Source: Camelus dromedarius (lineage: Eukaryota). From it: a DNA stretch of 64,000 nucleotides. Below the pieces are notes generated by a model. The model saw nothing but the letters and a program-made list of their open reading frames with translations. It was not told where the DNA came from and ran no database searches. The stretch is taken from the NCBI RefSeq assembly GCF_036321535.1, contig NC_087436.1, positions 120,158,001 through 120,222,000 on the forward strand, in the 5' to 3' direction. Made by a program: the position numbers and the translations under genes. Of the stretch, positions 53,143-64,000 are shown one piece after another. Numbering within the stretch: position 1 is the first letter of the stretch; each line of letters begins with the position of its first letter.

Positions 53143-53729
53143 CGTGGGAGTCCCCACGGGGCCTGAGCGAAAGCGACGGGATCCACGGCCCAACCCGGTC
53201 CTACCCAGGAAGGCTACGAGTAACGTCCGGTTGGAATCCGCTCAACAAGCCGTGTTCATACCGCATCCAGAACTCAAGTTTCTCGGGTTGGCCTGCTTTA
53301 CAGAAAGGGAAACTGAGACCCCAAGGGCGAGATCACCTGCTCCCCCCAAGTCACATAATACCATTCACTCGTTCATCTTTTATTCGTTCAACAAACATTT
53401 TCACAGCGGGTAAGATGTGCGGTCGGAGTGGAGTAGAGGCAACTTGGCCCTCCCCCAAGGAGCTCCATCAGGCAGGAGCAGAGATTTCTAGGGGCCACTT
53501 TAACCCATGATAAAGGAGCACGTGGCAGAGCTGTTTCCCTTTCCTGCTTAGGCTACGCTCTTCCCCACCTGAAATGCCCTACATGTATCCAAGTACCAGT
53601 CATCCATAAAACCTCTGTCATCACTGTCAGTGATCTTTCCACATCACGTGGTCCCGCATTCTGGGTTTTCCTTTACACCCCTAGAGACTCCTTCAGGTGT
53701 CCCCAGGATCCACCCCCTTATCTACCCAA

Positions 53730-54130
53730 CCTTTCATTGCCAGAATGTCCATGGCTCGGACATGGACCCTCTTACTGGGAAATCTCACGTTCTCCCAGAT
53801 TTTAAACCATCTACAGACCCTGGATACTGCCAGCTCTGTATCGCCAGCCCTGACCTCCCCTGGTTCCCCATCTGGACACCTAGGAAGCATCTCAAACTTC
53901 TCACCATCAAAAAAAAGTGCTTTAGTCAACGCCCCCCACCTGCTCCTCCACATTCTTCTTTCTCAGTAAATGGCTTCTCCACCCGCACAGTGGCTCACAC
54001 TGAAACCTGAAATCATCCTGGAGTGCTTTCTTTTCCTCACCTCCTGAGGCCTTCCTTCCCGGCACTCCCACGCACTTGGGCCACCTCCGTTAGAACACCA
54101 GCTGGAGTTTTCCATCTCAGTGGTTCCCCA
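53730..54130 (+). mobile_element. L2 LINE fragment
   Basis: ccagccctgacctccc...gcatctcaaact...tctcagtaaatggc...aaacctgaaatcatcctgga. Confidence 0.7.
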
Positions 54131-54302
54131 CCACCTCCCAGCAAAGTGTGACCTTGCTAGGACAAGGCAGGGGTCTGAGTGACTCATTTCTACAGCAGCG
54201 CAGGGCCTGGCACCCTGAAGGCACTCAGGGAATGCTGGTAGAGGGGATGGATGCATGGATAAGGTCTTGACTGTGACTGGGGCAGACCCCATCCCCCTCT
54301 CC

Positions 54303-54304
<2 letters not shown>

Positions 54305-54346
<42 letters not shown>
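54305..54346 (+). repeat. (AC)21 microsatellite
   Basis: Perfect 42-nt dinucleotide run. Confidence 0.98.
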
Positions 54347-54348
<2 letters not shown>

Positions 54349-54652
54349 AAAGCCCAGCTTCCAATCTGATTTGCCAAATTCCTCCATGGATGTGAGAAGA
54401 TTCTCTACGCCTTTCAGCCAGGCCCCCGTGTTTGGAGATGTACTCAGGAATCAGGAACACAGAGTCTCAGGTAGCGGGAGAAGATACTGCAAAGGACGGC
54501 GCTCCATCCTCAGACCTCTTCACTCATGCTGCCCTCTGCCCAACACACTTTTCTCCCTGGACCTAGCCAACTCCCACTGACCCTTCAAGTCTCACCCTCA
54601 ATATCACTTTCCCCAGGAAGGCTTTGTAGCCACCACCACACCAAGCACAACC

Positions 54653-56005
54653 GTGGCAGACACACCCTAAGGTGACCCCCAGTGAGTCATGCCCTTGTAC
54701 GATCTCCCCATCTTGAGTGCAGGCAGAACCGGTGACAGCTTCTGGCCAAAGTGGTATGGCTGAAGTGATGGGGTGTCACGTCCCTGGTCACATCCCATTA
54801 CATAAGCATGCATCTTGGACTACGGAGAGAGGTTCTACTTACAGGCTTTGGAGAAGTCGCCTCCTGTGCTGTGAGGGCGCCTTCAGAGAAGCCCCCCTGC
54901 AGATGGTCTGTAGGACCTGATGACGGCCTCCAGGCAACAGTCAGCAAAAAGCTGGAACCCCAGTCAGGCAGGACCACAGAAATGAATTCTGGCATCCACT
55001 TGAAGGACTTGGTGGGGACCCTTCCTTAGCCAAGTCTCCAGGTGAGAACGCAGCCTGGCAGAAATGTTAGCTGGAGCCTGGTGAGCCCAGAGCAGAGGAC
55101 CCGGAAACTGAGTTAAGAAATGTGTGTTATAAATGAGAAATGCTGGCAAGGGTGCGAAGAAAAAGGAACCCTCTTACACTGCTGATGGGAATGTAAATTG
55201 GTGCCACCACTATGAAGAACAGTATGGAGGTTTCTTAAAAAACTAAAAATAGAGTTACCCTGTGATCCAGCAATCCCACTCCTGGGCATGTATCCAGAGG
55301 AAACTCTAATTCGAAAAGATACCTGCATCCCAATGTTCATAGCAGCACTATTCACAATAGCCAAGACATGAAAGCAAACTAAATGTCCAAATGTCCATTG
55401 ACAGATGAATGGATAAAGAAGTGGTGGTGTGTATATACGTGTATACATATACACACAATGGAATACTACTCAGCCATAAAAATGATTGAAATAATGCCAT
55501 TTGCAGCAACATGGATGAACCTATGAACCTAGAGATTATCATATTAAGTGAAGTAAGTCAGACAGAGAAAGACAGATACCATATGATATCACTTACATAT
55601 GGAATCTTTAAAAATGGCACAAATGTACTTACTTGTAAAACAGAAACAGATTCACAGACATAGAAAACAAATTTACAGTTACCAGGAGGGAAAGGGGAGG
55701 GGGAGGGATAAATTAGGAGTCTTGGATTTGCAAATACTAACTACTATATATAAAACAGAAAAACAACAAAGCCTTAGTGTTTAGCAAAGGGAACTATATT
55801 CAATATCTTGTAATAATCTATAATGATAAAGAATATATATGTACAGCTGAGTCACTTTGCTGTACACCAGAAAGTAACACAGCATTGTAAATCAACTGTA
55901 CTTCAATTTTTAAAAAAAAGAAATAAAAGCATTTTAAAAAGATGTGTGTTACATTAAGCTGCTACGTTTGTGGTTATTTGTTATGAAACAATAAAAAATC
56001 AATAG
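54653..56005 (+). mobile_element. MLT1E/F-like LTR split by an L1 insertion
   Basis: gtggcagacacaccctaaggtgaccccc start; resumes after the L1 as taagctgctacgtttgtggttatttgttatg. Confidence 0.8.
55130..55935 (+). mobile_element. 5'-truncated artiodactyl L1 nested in the MLT1 LTR
   Basis: ORF2 end (ctcttacactgctgatgggaatgtaaattggtg) and 3' UTR. TSD core atgtgtgtta at 55120-55129 and 55942-55951. Confidence 0.92.
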
Positions 56006-56221
56006 TAGCTCCCCTTCCCAGTACATACATTCGTAACTCCGTGTACAGCTCTCTGGCATTCATCACAATTCTACTTATTTCTTTAAAATGGCCCTCTTAC
56101 CACTGGCATGGAAGCCCCATGAGAACAGATGTCGAAAGTGTCTTTCTTACTGCTGTGCTTCAAATGCCAGCACAGTTCTGTTCTAGGGCAACTGGTCAAA
56201 GGTAGAGCAATCCATCAGCTA

Positions 56222-57095
56222 GTTGTCTGGCCCTACTGTCCTTCCCAGCCCCCTTTTCCTTGGCCATATTCCATTAGAGAGACTCAAACAGTGTACTTCC
56301 CAGCCTCCCTTATAGCCCAGGGTAGCCATGTGTTAATTGTCTCAGCCAGTGAGACGCAGTTGAAGGTGGTGGAAAGATACCCAGCCATGGTATCCTGGAG
56401 CCAGTGTGCACCAGACCACAAGAGCCAACTGCTCACAGTACAGGAATTCTGCAAGTCATTTGTTAAACACAGTCATTACTTAGAAAGTAAGTAAATGTAC
56501 AATTAAAAGTCATATTAAAAACAAAGATAGTAAATACTCAAAATTCATTTCTTCCTAATTACTTTACTACAGTTTACAATTATCTAAGCTATCAAGGATT
56601 TTAATCTATCATAACTATATGATAGAAATTAATATAATGGTGTTCTATGGGCATCTCTTCCCATATCTGCAGCCAGAAACATCACATTGGTAGCTTAAAA
56701 TCAGATGTGGTAGGAGAATTTATACCATAGAAATTGGTAATTGCTACAAATCAGGACTTCCTTCCTTCCTCCCATCCCCTAGAATGCCCGTAATTGAAGA
56801 CTTACCAGCACATCACTGGTTTCTAGGGAAGATTGTTGTCTCTGGGAAAAGCAATAAATACAGCTTATACTGCTTCTTCCCAGCAGTTCAAGGGACTGTG
56901 ACCTTGAACATACATGTGATATCTGGAGCTGCATCAGCAATCTTACAATCAGAGCGATTCTGACTCTTCTACCCCCGAGCCACTGAACCAAGAGCAGGAA
57001 TCATCTACCCTCAGATGTTTACGAGGTAGGAAAAACAAATCCCTTCCTGATGTATGCCACTGTTAGTCAATTTTTCTGTTACTTACAGAATTCCT
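56222..57095 (+). mobile_element. Old MLT1H/I-like LTR split by MER63
   Basis: tacttcccagcctcccttatagc...gtagccatgtg; 3' part atgccactgttagtcaatttttctgttactt. Confidence 0.6.
56386..56818. mobile_element. MER63B-like hAT (Blackjack) DNA transposon
   Basis: Termini catggtatcctggagcc and accagcacatcactg; internal ttgttaaacacag, gcatctcttccca, ttggtagcttaaaatc. Confidence 0.82.
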
Positions 57096-57704
57096 AGCTG
57101 TACCATGTAGACATTCAGCAAATGTTTGTTGAATTACTAAACTCAGCCTGACTCTCCCTCCTCATCAGTGGTCACCCTGCTTGGGCTTACATCCACTGAC
57201 AAGAAACTCATCACCCATTGAACAAGTAGATTTCTCTGATTAGTAGAAAGTTTTTCCCTACATGAAACTGAAATTTTGGGACCTCTTGGAAACTCAGAAA
57301 ATAAGCCCAATTTCTCTTTGCCACCACAGCCCTTCTGATGTAAAGAGAGTGTTCATTTGATGGGGGGAAGGTCAGGGCTCTTTGATCCAAGCGTTGGACC
57401 ACCACACTTTGTGGGCACACCTGACTTAGTTTGATACTCTGAAGGGCTACGTGGCGGGGTTAGTGCCCGGAGACCTCTTCCAGATTCTTCCAGTGACAAG
57501 CCTCTTGAGGAATAAAATTAATTGCAAGCTATTTATATCCCAAGGTAAGCTATATTTCCATGACACCTGTGACGCAGTCTTCCTAGACTCTGGGGCCCAG
57601 AGGGAACAACGAGCACCTACGGCACCTGGGCACCTGTGGAAATCTGGGCCCGGTTTAGGATGTGACGCAAGCTCACTGAAAGCCCACAGGGCTGCTGCAC
57701 TAGT

Positions 57705-58045
57705 CATGTATTGCTGCTTAACAAATCACCTCCGAATCCAGCAGCTTAAAACAACTTGCCCTGGTGATCTCACAGTTTCAGTAGGCCAGCAACCTAGCAA
57801 GGCTCGACTAGATGCCCCCAGCTCGAAGTCTCTCACAAGTTTGCAGCCAGACTGTTGGCTGGGGCCATAGTCTGATGTGATGGCTCATGTCACTCATATG
57901 TCTTCTCAAAGGTCACAGTTCCTCCCGGCTGTTGGCCTCCCTCAGTCCCCTACTATGTGGACCCTACACAGGGCCCCTCACAACAGGGCAGCTGACTTTC
58001 TTGGGTCAGGGATCACTGGGGGTCACCTCAAAGACTGCCTACCAA
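57705..58045 (-). mobile_element. MLT1-type MaLR LTR
   Basis: tattgctgcttaacaaatcacc...gcagcttaaaacaac...ctcacagtttc. Confidence 0.7.
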
Positions 58046-59929
58046 ATTGCTGAAAACCCATGATTAAAAAAAAAAGCAGACGCTGTGGGCTGCTGAGCAC
58101 AGGACGGACTGGAGGGCGCGATGGAGCATCGAAGCATTAGAACGGAGAGATGTTCAGGGTGTCGGCGGCAGGAGGCGCCGTTAGGAGGCGGGGCTTCCTC
58201 CGTGGACCTATCAGAAACGATGTGCCGCGGAGGCATCTTCATGGACCTGGGGATTTGGCCCAGAGGACAGGAAGCCTCTATTATTCATGAAACGCGGTTC
58301 AGCATAGCTGGCAGCCTCTGGCGGTCACCAGGGAGGCCTGTATCTCCTTTCTCACTTAATTTGGCAGAAGCGTTCTGGCGCTGAAGGATGCGCCCTCTCC
58401 CGGGAACCGTGCCGGATCCGGGATCGTGCGGCGCAGGTGGGTCACTCATCCGACACCAGGGAGGCTTCCACTCTGGAAGGTAGGGGTGGCCAGAGGGAGA
58501 CAACGGGCCATGGGAGCTAGCTTCTGGAACGATCCAGCTTTCACCTAGGTGATGGGCAGCCTCCCCTCCGGAGGGGCAGAGTGGGAACTATGTAGAGCAA
58601 TGGCAAGGAGTGGCGGTGTCGTGGGGAGGGGCCTAGAAAGGAGCAGAAGGAAATTTGGGGTGACTGCCTAGGAGGAGGGAGGGTTGGGGGCAGCGTGGGC
58701 AGGAGGGCCAGCTGGGGCTGTGGGCCCCCCGGGAGCCCACCCTCCACTTGGGGAAAACTGTGAACAGCAGGGCATGCTCAGTGCCCTCGGCGCAGGCGGA
58801 CTGCCCGGGGAGCCTCGTGAACCAAGGGTGACCGGAAGTGACCTCCGGCCTGGGACATCGTCTTCCCCAAGCAGGACACAGCTGGCCACCGCCACCTCTG
58901 GATGGTGAGGCAGGGGAGCCGCTGGCCTGGTGTGAGGGTGACCCAGGTGCCAAGCTCTGCTCTCGCAGGCTGGCTAGGTCCGGCACCCGCGAGCCGATGC
59001 CCGGTCTCCATATCCAGGGGGTGGGCTTGAAATCGTAGGTCTGACACGCCAGCTGGGCCGTCCTGGGCAAGGTCCTCCGCCTCCTTCTGTGCCTCAGTTT
59101 CCTCATCTGTGAAGTGGGGATTACAGAAGGTTCTGCCTCAAGGGATTATCATGTGGCTCCCCCGTGCTCCGAACAGGAGGGAGCACTCACCCGAGGGAGT
59201 GCTGATAGACAATGCTACACCGTTCTCTTCTCTGCCTCCGGGAGCTGTGCTGGGGCCGGGCCTGGAGGCCCTTCTGCTGCTTTTCCCGGGAGGGCGGGCT
59301 CGCAGGCAGGCTCCTTCCTTGTTGTGCTGGCTGGTAAGGGGCTGCCACTTCTTACTGCGAGGGACCCTGGTTCTTGGTGTGGGTGGGGTAGGAGGTGAAG
59401 ATTTTTCTGACCTAAAACACACTAAGCAATGTTTCCCAACTTTGTTTCAGAAGCTCTGCATTTGGGTTTTGGGGTCTGGTGCATGAGGAAACTGATACAG
59501 TGCCTGGTTCCTCATCCACCTCCCACTGGCTCAGAACCAAGAGCAAGGGAGAGTGGGCTTAAGGACAGCCCCAAACTGTCCACAGAGCCACTCCCATGTC
59601 CCTCTGGCTTGTGGCTGGGTCTCCAGCTCCCTCCCTCCTACTCCCTCGGCCACCCCTCCCCGCCTTCCATTCTCAGAATGTTTTCTGATCTGGATAATTT
59701 CATGCCCGTATTTGCTGAGATGGAGAGATGCAGAGAATGCTTCAGGGGTGAAACCAGGACTTCTGGTGGGCTGCCCCTGAGGACGGAGGGAAATGTGGTT
59801 TCTGACTTGCATAACTGGGTAGACAGTTGTGCTGTTTACTAAGATGGAGCAGATTGTGTACATGTGAACAGGCCTTGAGGGGAAAATCCCAAAGCTCATG
59901 ATTAATGTCATTGGAATCAGATTAGAGGC

Positions 59930-60290
59930 TGCTATAGACTGAGTTACTGTGTCTCCCCCAAGTTCATATGTTGAAGCCCTAATCCCCAGTGTGATGGATG
60001 GGGGAGGGGGGATTTGGGAGTTGATTAGGTCTTGAGGGTGGAGCCCTCACAATGGGATTCATGCCCTTGTAAGAGGATGAACTAGGTGAGAAGACAAATG
60101 ACTTTTCTCTGCCCTGTGAGGACACAGCTGACACATCTCTAGGCTAGGAAGCAGCTCTCGCCAGAACCCAGTCATGCCAGCACCTTGATCTTGAACTTCT
60201 GACTCCGGAACTAAGAGAAATCAGTGCTTGTTACTCAGGCCCCCAGTCTGTGGTATTTTGTTACAGCAGCCCTAGGGGATGAAGATAGAC
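59930..60290 (+). mobile_element. MLT1A-like MaLR LTR
   Basis: tgctatagactgag...ttcatatgttgaagccctaatcccc...gtctgtggtattttgttacagcagcc. Confidence 0.85.
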
Positions 60291-61084
60291 TATGAAGCAT
60301 TTCATCCCAGGATGAGCAGACCTGCTGGGCCCTCCCATGAGGGAGCCCTGACCTCTTTCTCTTCCCTCCCTCAGCCTCTGCTCCGGCCGTAACCAGCCAC
60401 CCACGTTTCCAGACCCTGGAGATTGGTGTATTAGACCGTTTTATCCCTTGTCTTCTGAATGGACTGCTGTCTCTGAGACAGATACTGCTCCTCACCTGCT
60501 TCACTGTATGTGGGTGTTAGGGGATGAGCGACTAGGGAGAGCGGGAGTCCAACTAAAGTTACTGAATGTTTTCTATTAGAAACAAAACAAAACTCCAGCT
60601 CAGCGTGTCTGCTCCTGCTGTTCCCTCAGCCTGGAACACCCTTCCCTTCATTGGCCTCCGGGAGGGAATAAATACTTAGTCATCTATCAAGACTTGGTTT
60701 GGCCAGCACCTTCTCAGAAAGCCTCCCTTGACCTCCTCTGGGGCCTCTTCCTGGGGCCTCTGCAAAGGTCTTGTCATTGTCTTTTCACTAGTTGGGCCTC
60801 CCCAACCTGCCTGAGGGCAGACATCAGCTCTTACACATCCCTCTCCCATCAGCAGGTGCGGGAGGAAGCAGACATCCACATCCTTAGTGGCCACCTCTGA
60901 GACGGCTGGCCTAGGGCGTCCCCGATGCCAACATGGGAACCCACCCCGAATGGCCTGCCCCTGTCCCGTGGAGACTTACAAAGTGACCACTTTCAGCAAA
61001 CGCCCCCCACCCCCAGCACTTTCGACAGAAGGGGCCCCGCAGCTAGAAATGACACGCGTTTATCAGAAGTGGCTTTTCACTTTC

Positions 61085-62698
61085 ACAAGTTATAATACAT
61101 CATCCTTTATTTTTCCAGGCCCCCTTGGGGTCCGACATGACGTTCACTAATGAGAGAAGGGGGCTTTCCAGTGACGGGCTCAGACTGCACAATGGAAGGA
61201 GGGACGCTGGGTGCCGAGAACTCCCTCCGTGGCCAAGCCAGGCTGGTGAGAAGCCAGGTGCGCAGCGGGACTTGGAGGTTTGGGGGCCAAAAGAAAGCTG
61301 AGTGATGTTGATGCATGGATGGAAACAGTCAGGACACAGGGAAAGATGCAGCTTCACAAAGACGGGGAGACAGACTCTGGGGACACTACTGTCATGTTTC
61401 ACAGGCCTCTCAGCGCACTTTACAAACATCCTGGGTCAGGCACCGCACACAAACCCACACCTAGTTACAAACAGGATACCTTCCCACTGGGGACCCACTG
61501 ACCCTCTGCTGCAGATGCTCTGCTGACTTCGCAGATTTAGGCAACATCTCCCATCCCTGTCTCCCCAAGTGTCTGGGTGTCAGTCTCAGGACCAGGCATG
61601 AGCCTCACTCCCTGGGAGTGTCTGTGTTCCAGGCGGAGCTGGGATTCCAGGCCAGGTCGCAAAGGGGTCCCACCAAACCACGTCAGGGGCAGGCTGGGAA
61701 CGTGGAAATCCTTTATTCTGGGGCTTTGGCCATCAGGGGAGGAAGTTTTCTCTCCCAGACTTGGAGAACAACAGGAAAACACTGGTGGCTGTACTTACAA
61801 ACAGCATTAGGTGGGCAGGTGGGGTGGGGGCTGCCTGCTTTTCAAGGTACCTGTGTGACAGGGCAAAAAGCAAAAAGGCAAAAAGAAAACAGACAAGGAG
61901 TCCTATGTATCAGGAACACACCAAAAACTGAAACCACACAGATCCGAACGGTGGAGAATAAGGCTGGAGGCGCTCCCCACTTAGCGGGACCATAAAATTA
62001 AACTCTTTATATATGCCGTCTTTATGTTTAAGTAGGCTATACTTTTTAATAAAATAAAAACTTCTGTTACTTTAAAGATATCATTTAGGCATCTAAGGGA
62101 TGATTTGGAAGGACAACGCAGTGCACGGAGGGCCCTGGCAGGAGGTGCCCCCTTAAATTGAAGTTCTCCCTAAACTCGTCACAAAGGCGGCAAAAATCCA
62201 GTCCTCACGCTTCCCGCAGCCCTGGGTGCCCGCAGCGCTCCCCCTGTCCCGGGGCAGTGTGCCAGGCCCTGCCTCCCCAGGACCCCGGGAGCTGTGCGCC
62301 CACCGACCCATGACCTGTCATTGACAGGCCTCCTCAAATCTCAAGTCCTGTCACCTCTGTGCCCCGAGGGCCTAGCGAGGGTGGGGGAGGCCAGGAAGGT
62401 GGGCTGCGGTTGTCTAAACGTTCCATCTCCGGGGACAGCTACTCCGCAGCATCTCCTGGATGGCAAGCAACAGCGCGGAAGGAGCAGTGCAAAGCCGGGT
62501 GCCTGGGCAGCAGCGCGGCGGCCAGAAACGGGGCTGTACCTGCCGTGGGTGGGGCCTCCGCCCGCCCCGCCCCCAGCCCGGCCCCGCCCAGGCGCCGCCC
62601 GCCCGCCCCTCCTGCGAACACAGAGAAGCCAGAGCCGGTGCGGTAGGAGGGGTGCGGTGGTTCCCGCAGGCGTGCCGTGGTCAGGCGCCGCGGCAGCG
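61085..62698 (-). other. ABLIM2: ABLIM2 3' UTR (3' end approximate)
   Basis: Runs from the stop codon to about 20 nt past the AATAAA at 61106-61111. No obvious interspersed repeats inside. Confidence 0.7.
61106..61111 (-). terminator. ABLIM2: Likely main ABLIM2 poly(A) signal AATAAA
   Basis: tttatt on + strand, about 1.6 kb after the stop codon, followed by AT-rich sequence. Confidence 0.6.
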
Positions 62699-62938
<240 letters not shown>

Positions 62939-63149
62939 TCATTCCACTTTGCAGCTGTCAGAACCAAACCCAGGGGGAAACGATTCCGTTAGGGACCCAC
63001 AGTGAGCAGCTGCAGAGCTGGGGCCAGAGCCCTGACTCCTGACACGTACAAACGCACCTCGCATTGCAGACCGAGTCCGTGAGCGCCCAGGACGAGGACC
63101 TCCACCGCCTGGGAAGCGCTAGGGTTTCAGTGCACACGTGGTGTCATTA

Positions 63150-63340
63150 CAGTTTCATTTAATTTTCCCCGCTACCGCCTCAGAGCAAGAAGTGGATGGT
63201 TTATTATGCCCCCATTTCACGGATGAGGTATGGAAGATGAGCAAAGGAGCCAGACAGGCCTAGGCCTGCGTTCACACCCTCCCACTTCCCCAGCCTCTGC
63301 TGTGTGACCCTGAGCGAGTTTTTGGTCTCTCTGAGCCCCA
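63150..63340. mobile_element. MIR fragments in the last ABLIM2 intron
   Basis: cccatttcacggatgagg and gctgtgtgaccctgagcgag...ctctctgagcccca cores. Confidence 0.55.
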
Positions 63341-64000
63341 GTCCTGGGGGCACAAGGGAAAGGCTGAACAGCATGATGTCAAGGGCACCTATGCCAGAGC
63401 CTCTGGGATGCTGCGCGAGCCAGCTGGCCTCTGGGAGCCTCAGTCTGCTCACCTGTGAATGGGGTCATCCTGGCACCCCCTGGAGTTGTGGGGTGAAGGG
63501 GTCAGTGCAGGTCAGCCCTGGGGGCTGGCAGGACCAGGGTATGTTGGGCACACTTACTGTGATCTGAGTCAGAGCAAGCTCGACACGGCCTCCCCTGACA
63601 ACCACTGGGATTCTAGCCACCTTCCTGACCGTGCCAGCTCCCTTCACATCTGTCTTCCCCGGCAGGCACTGAGGGGCTCCTCCTCGTCCTTCAAGCCCTG
63701 GCACAGGGGGCTGCCACAGCCCTCCTAGGAGGCGCCCCTGGGGAGTGAGGCTGTGCTCTTGCTGCTCGCCTCCTGCCAGGGAGGGCCGAGGGGAAGATGG
63801 AAAGGAGGTTGGGGCGGTCTGCAGCAAGAGGGGTCAGGCTCTGGCCCCAAAGGACCTGGTTCAAGTTCCCCTTCTGCCTCCTTTTGAGACGTGTGGCTTC
63901 TGCGCAGCAGATGGAAACCAGTCTGGCTGTTCCCCCATCAGCTGACCAGAATTAGCACGTGACCCAGCTCACCCCTGGGTCGACCCAAAGGAATCAAAGC

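Larger units (their letters stand above)
51410..53260. promoter_or_regulatory. CpG island at the AFAP1 promoter, exon 1 and start of intron 1
   Basis: About 1.8 kb of very high GC with dense undepleted CpG. Confidence 0.92.

Noticed and set aside
55381..55532. 8-bp tandem duplications inside L1 (aaatgtcc x2, atgaacct x2)
   Set aside because: Ordinary slippage micro-duplications.

Overview
Mammalian genomic DNA, almost certainly camelid (camel, alpaca or llama), based on two Vic-type tRNA-derived SINEs and artiodactyl/camelid-type L1 3' ends. The only protein-coding sequence I can support is the last coding exon of ABLIM2 (villin headpiece C-terminus, minus strand, 62699-62812), followed by a 3' UTR of about 1.6 kb. 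About 8 kb further along the minus strand is a CpG-island promoter and a non-coding first exon (donor at 52793/52792). By known ABLIM2-AFAP1 synteny this is AFAP1, and bases 1-52792 are its first intron; the ATG exon is not in the window. The rest is transposon remnants (L1, L2, MIR, HAL1, MaLR and ERV1 solo LTRs, hAT elements). Nearly all ORFs in the supplied track are spurious. I found no convincing new multi-gene system. The most unusual signals are small. They are an apparently L1-retroposed, polyadenylated ERV-LTR fragment with TSDs; two L1 copies with short 3'-transduction-like tails; CpG/GC-gaining patches inside old repeats; a hierarchical GC minisatellite with a long antisense ORF at the AFAP1 5' end; an AP-1/MARE cluster beside a candidate cassette exon; and alternative poly(A)/CPE motifs in the ABLIM2 UTR. 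Repeat subfamily names are from recall of consensus sequences. Repeat boundaries are approximate unless TSDs are given.
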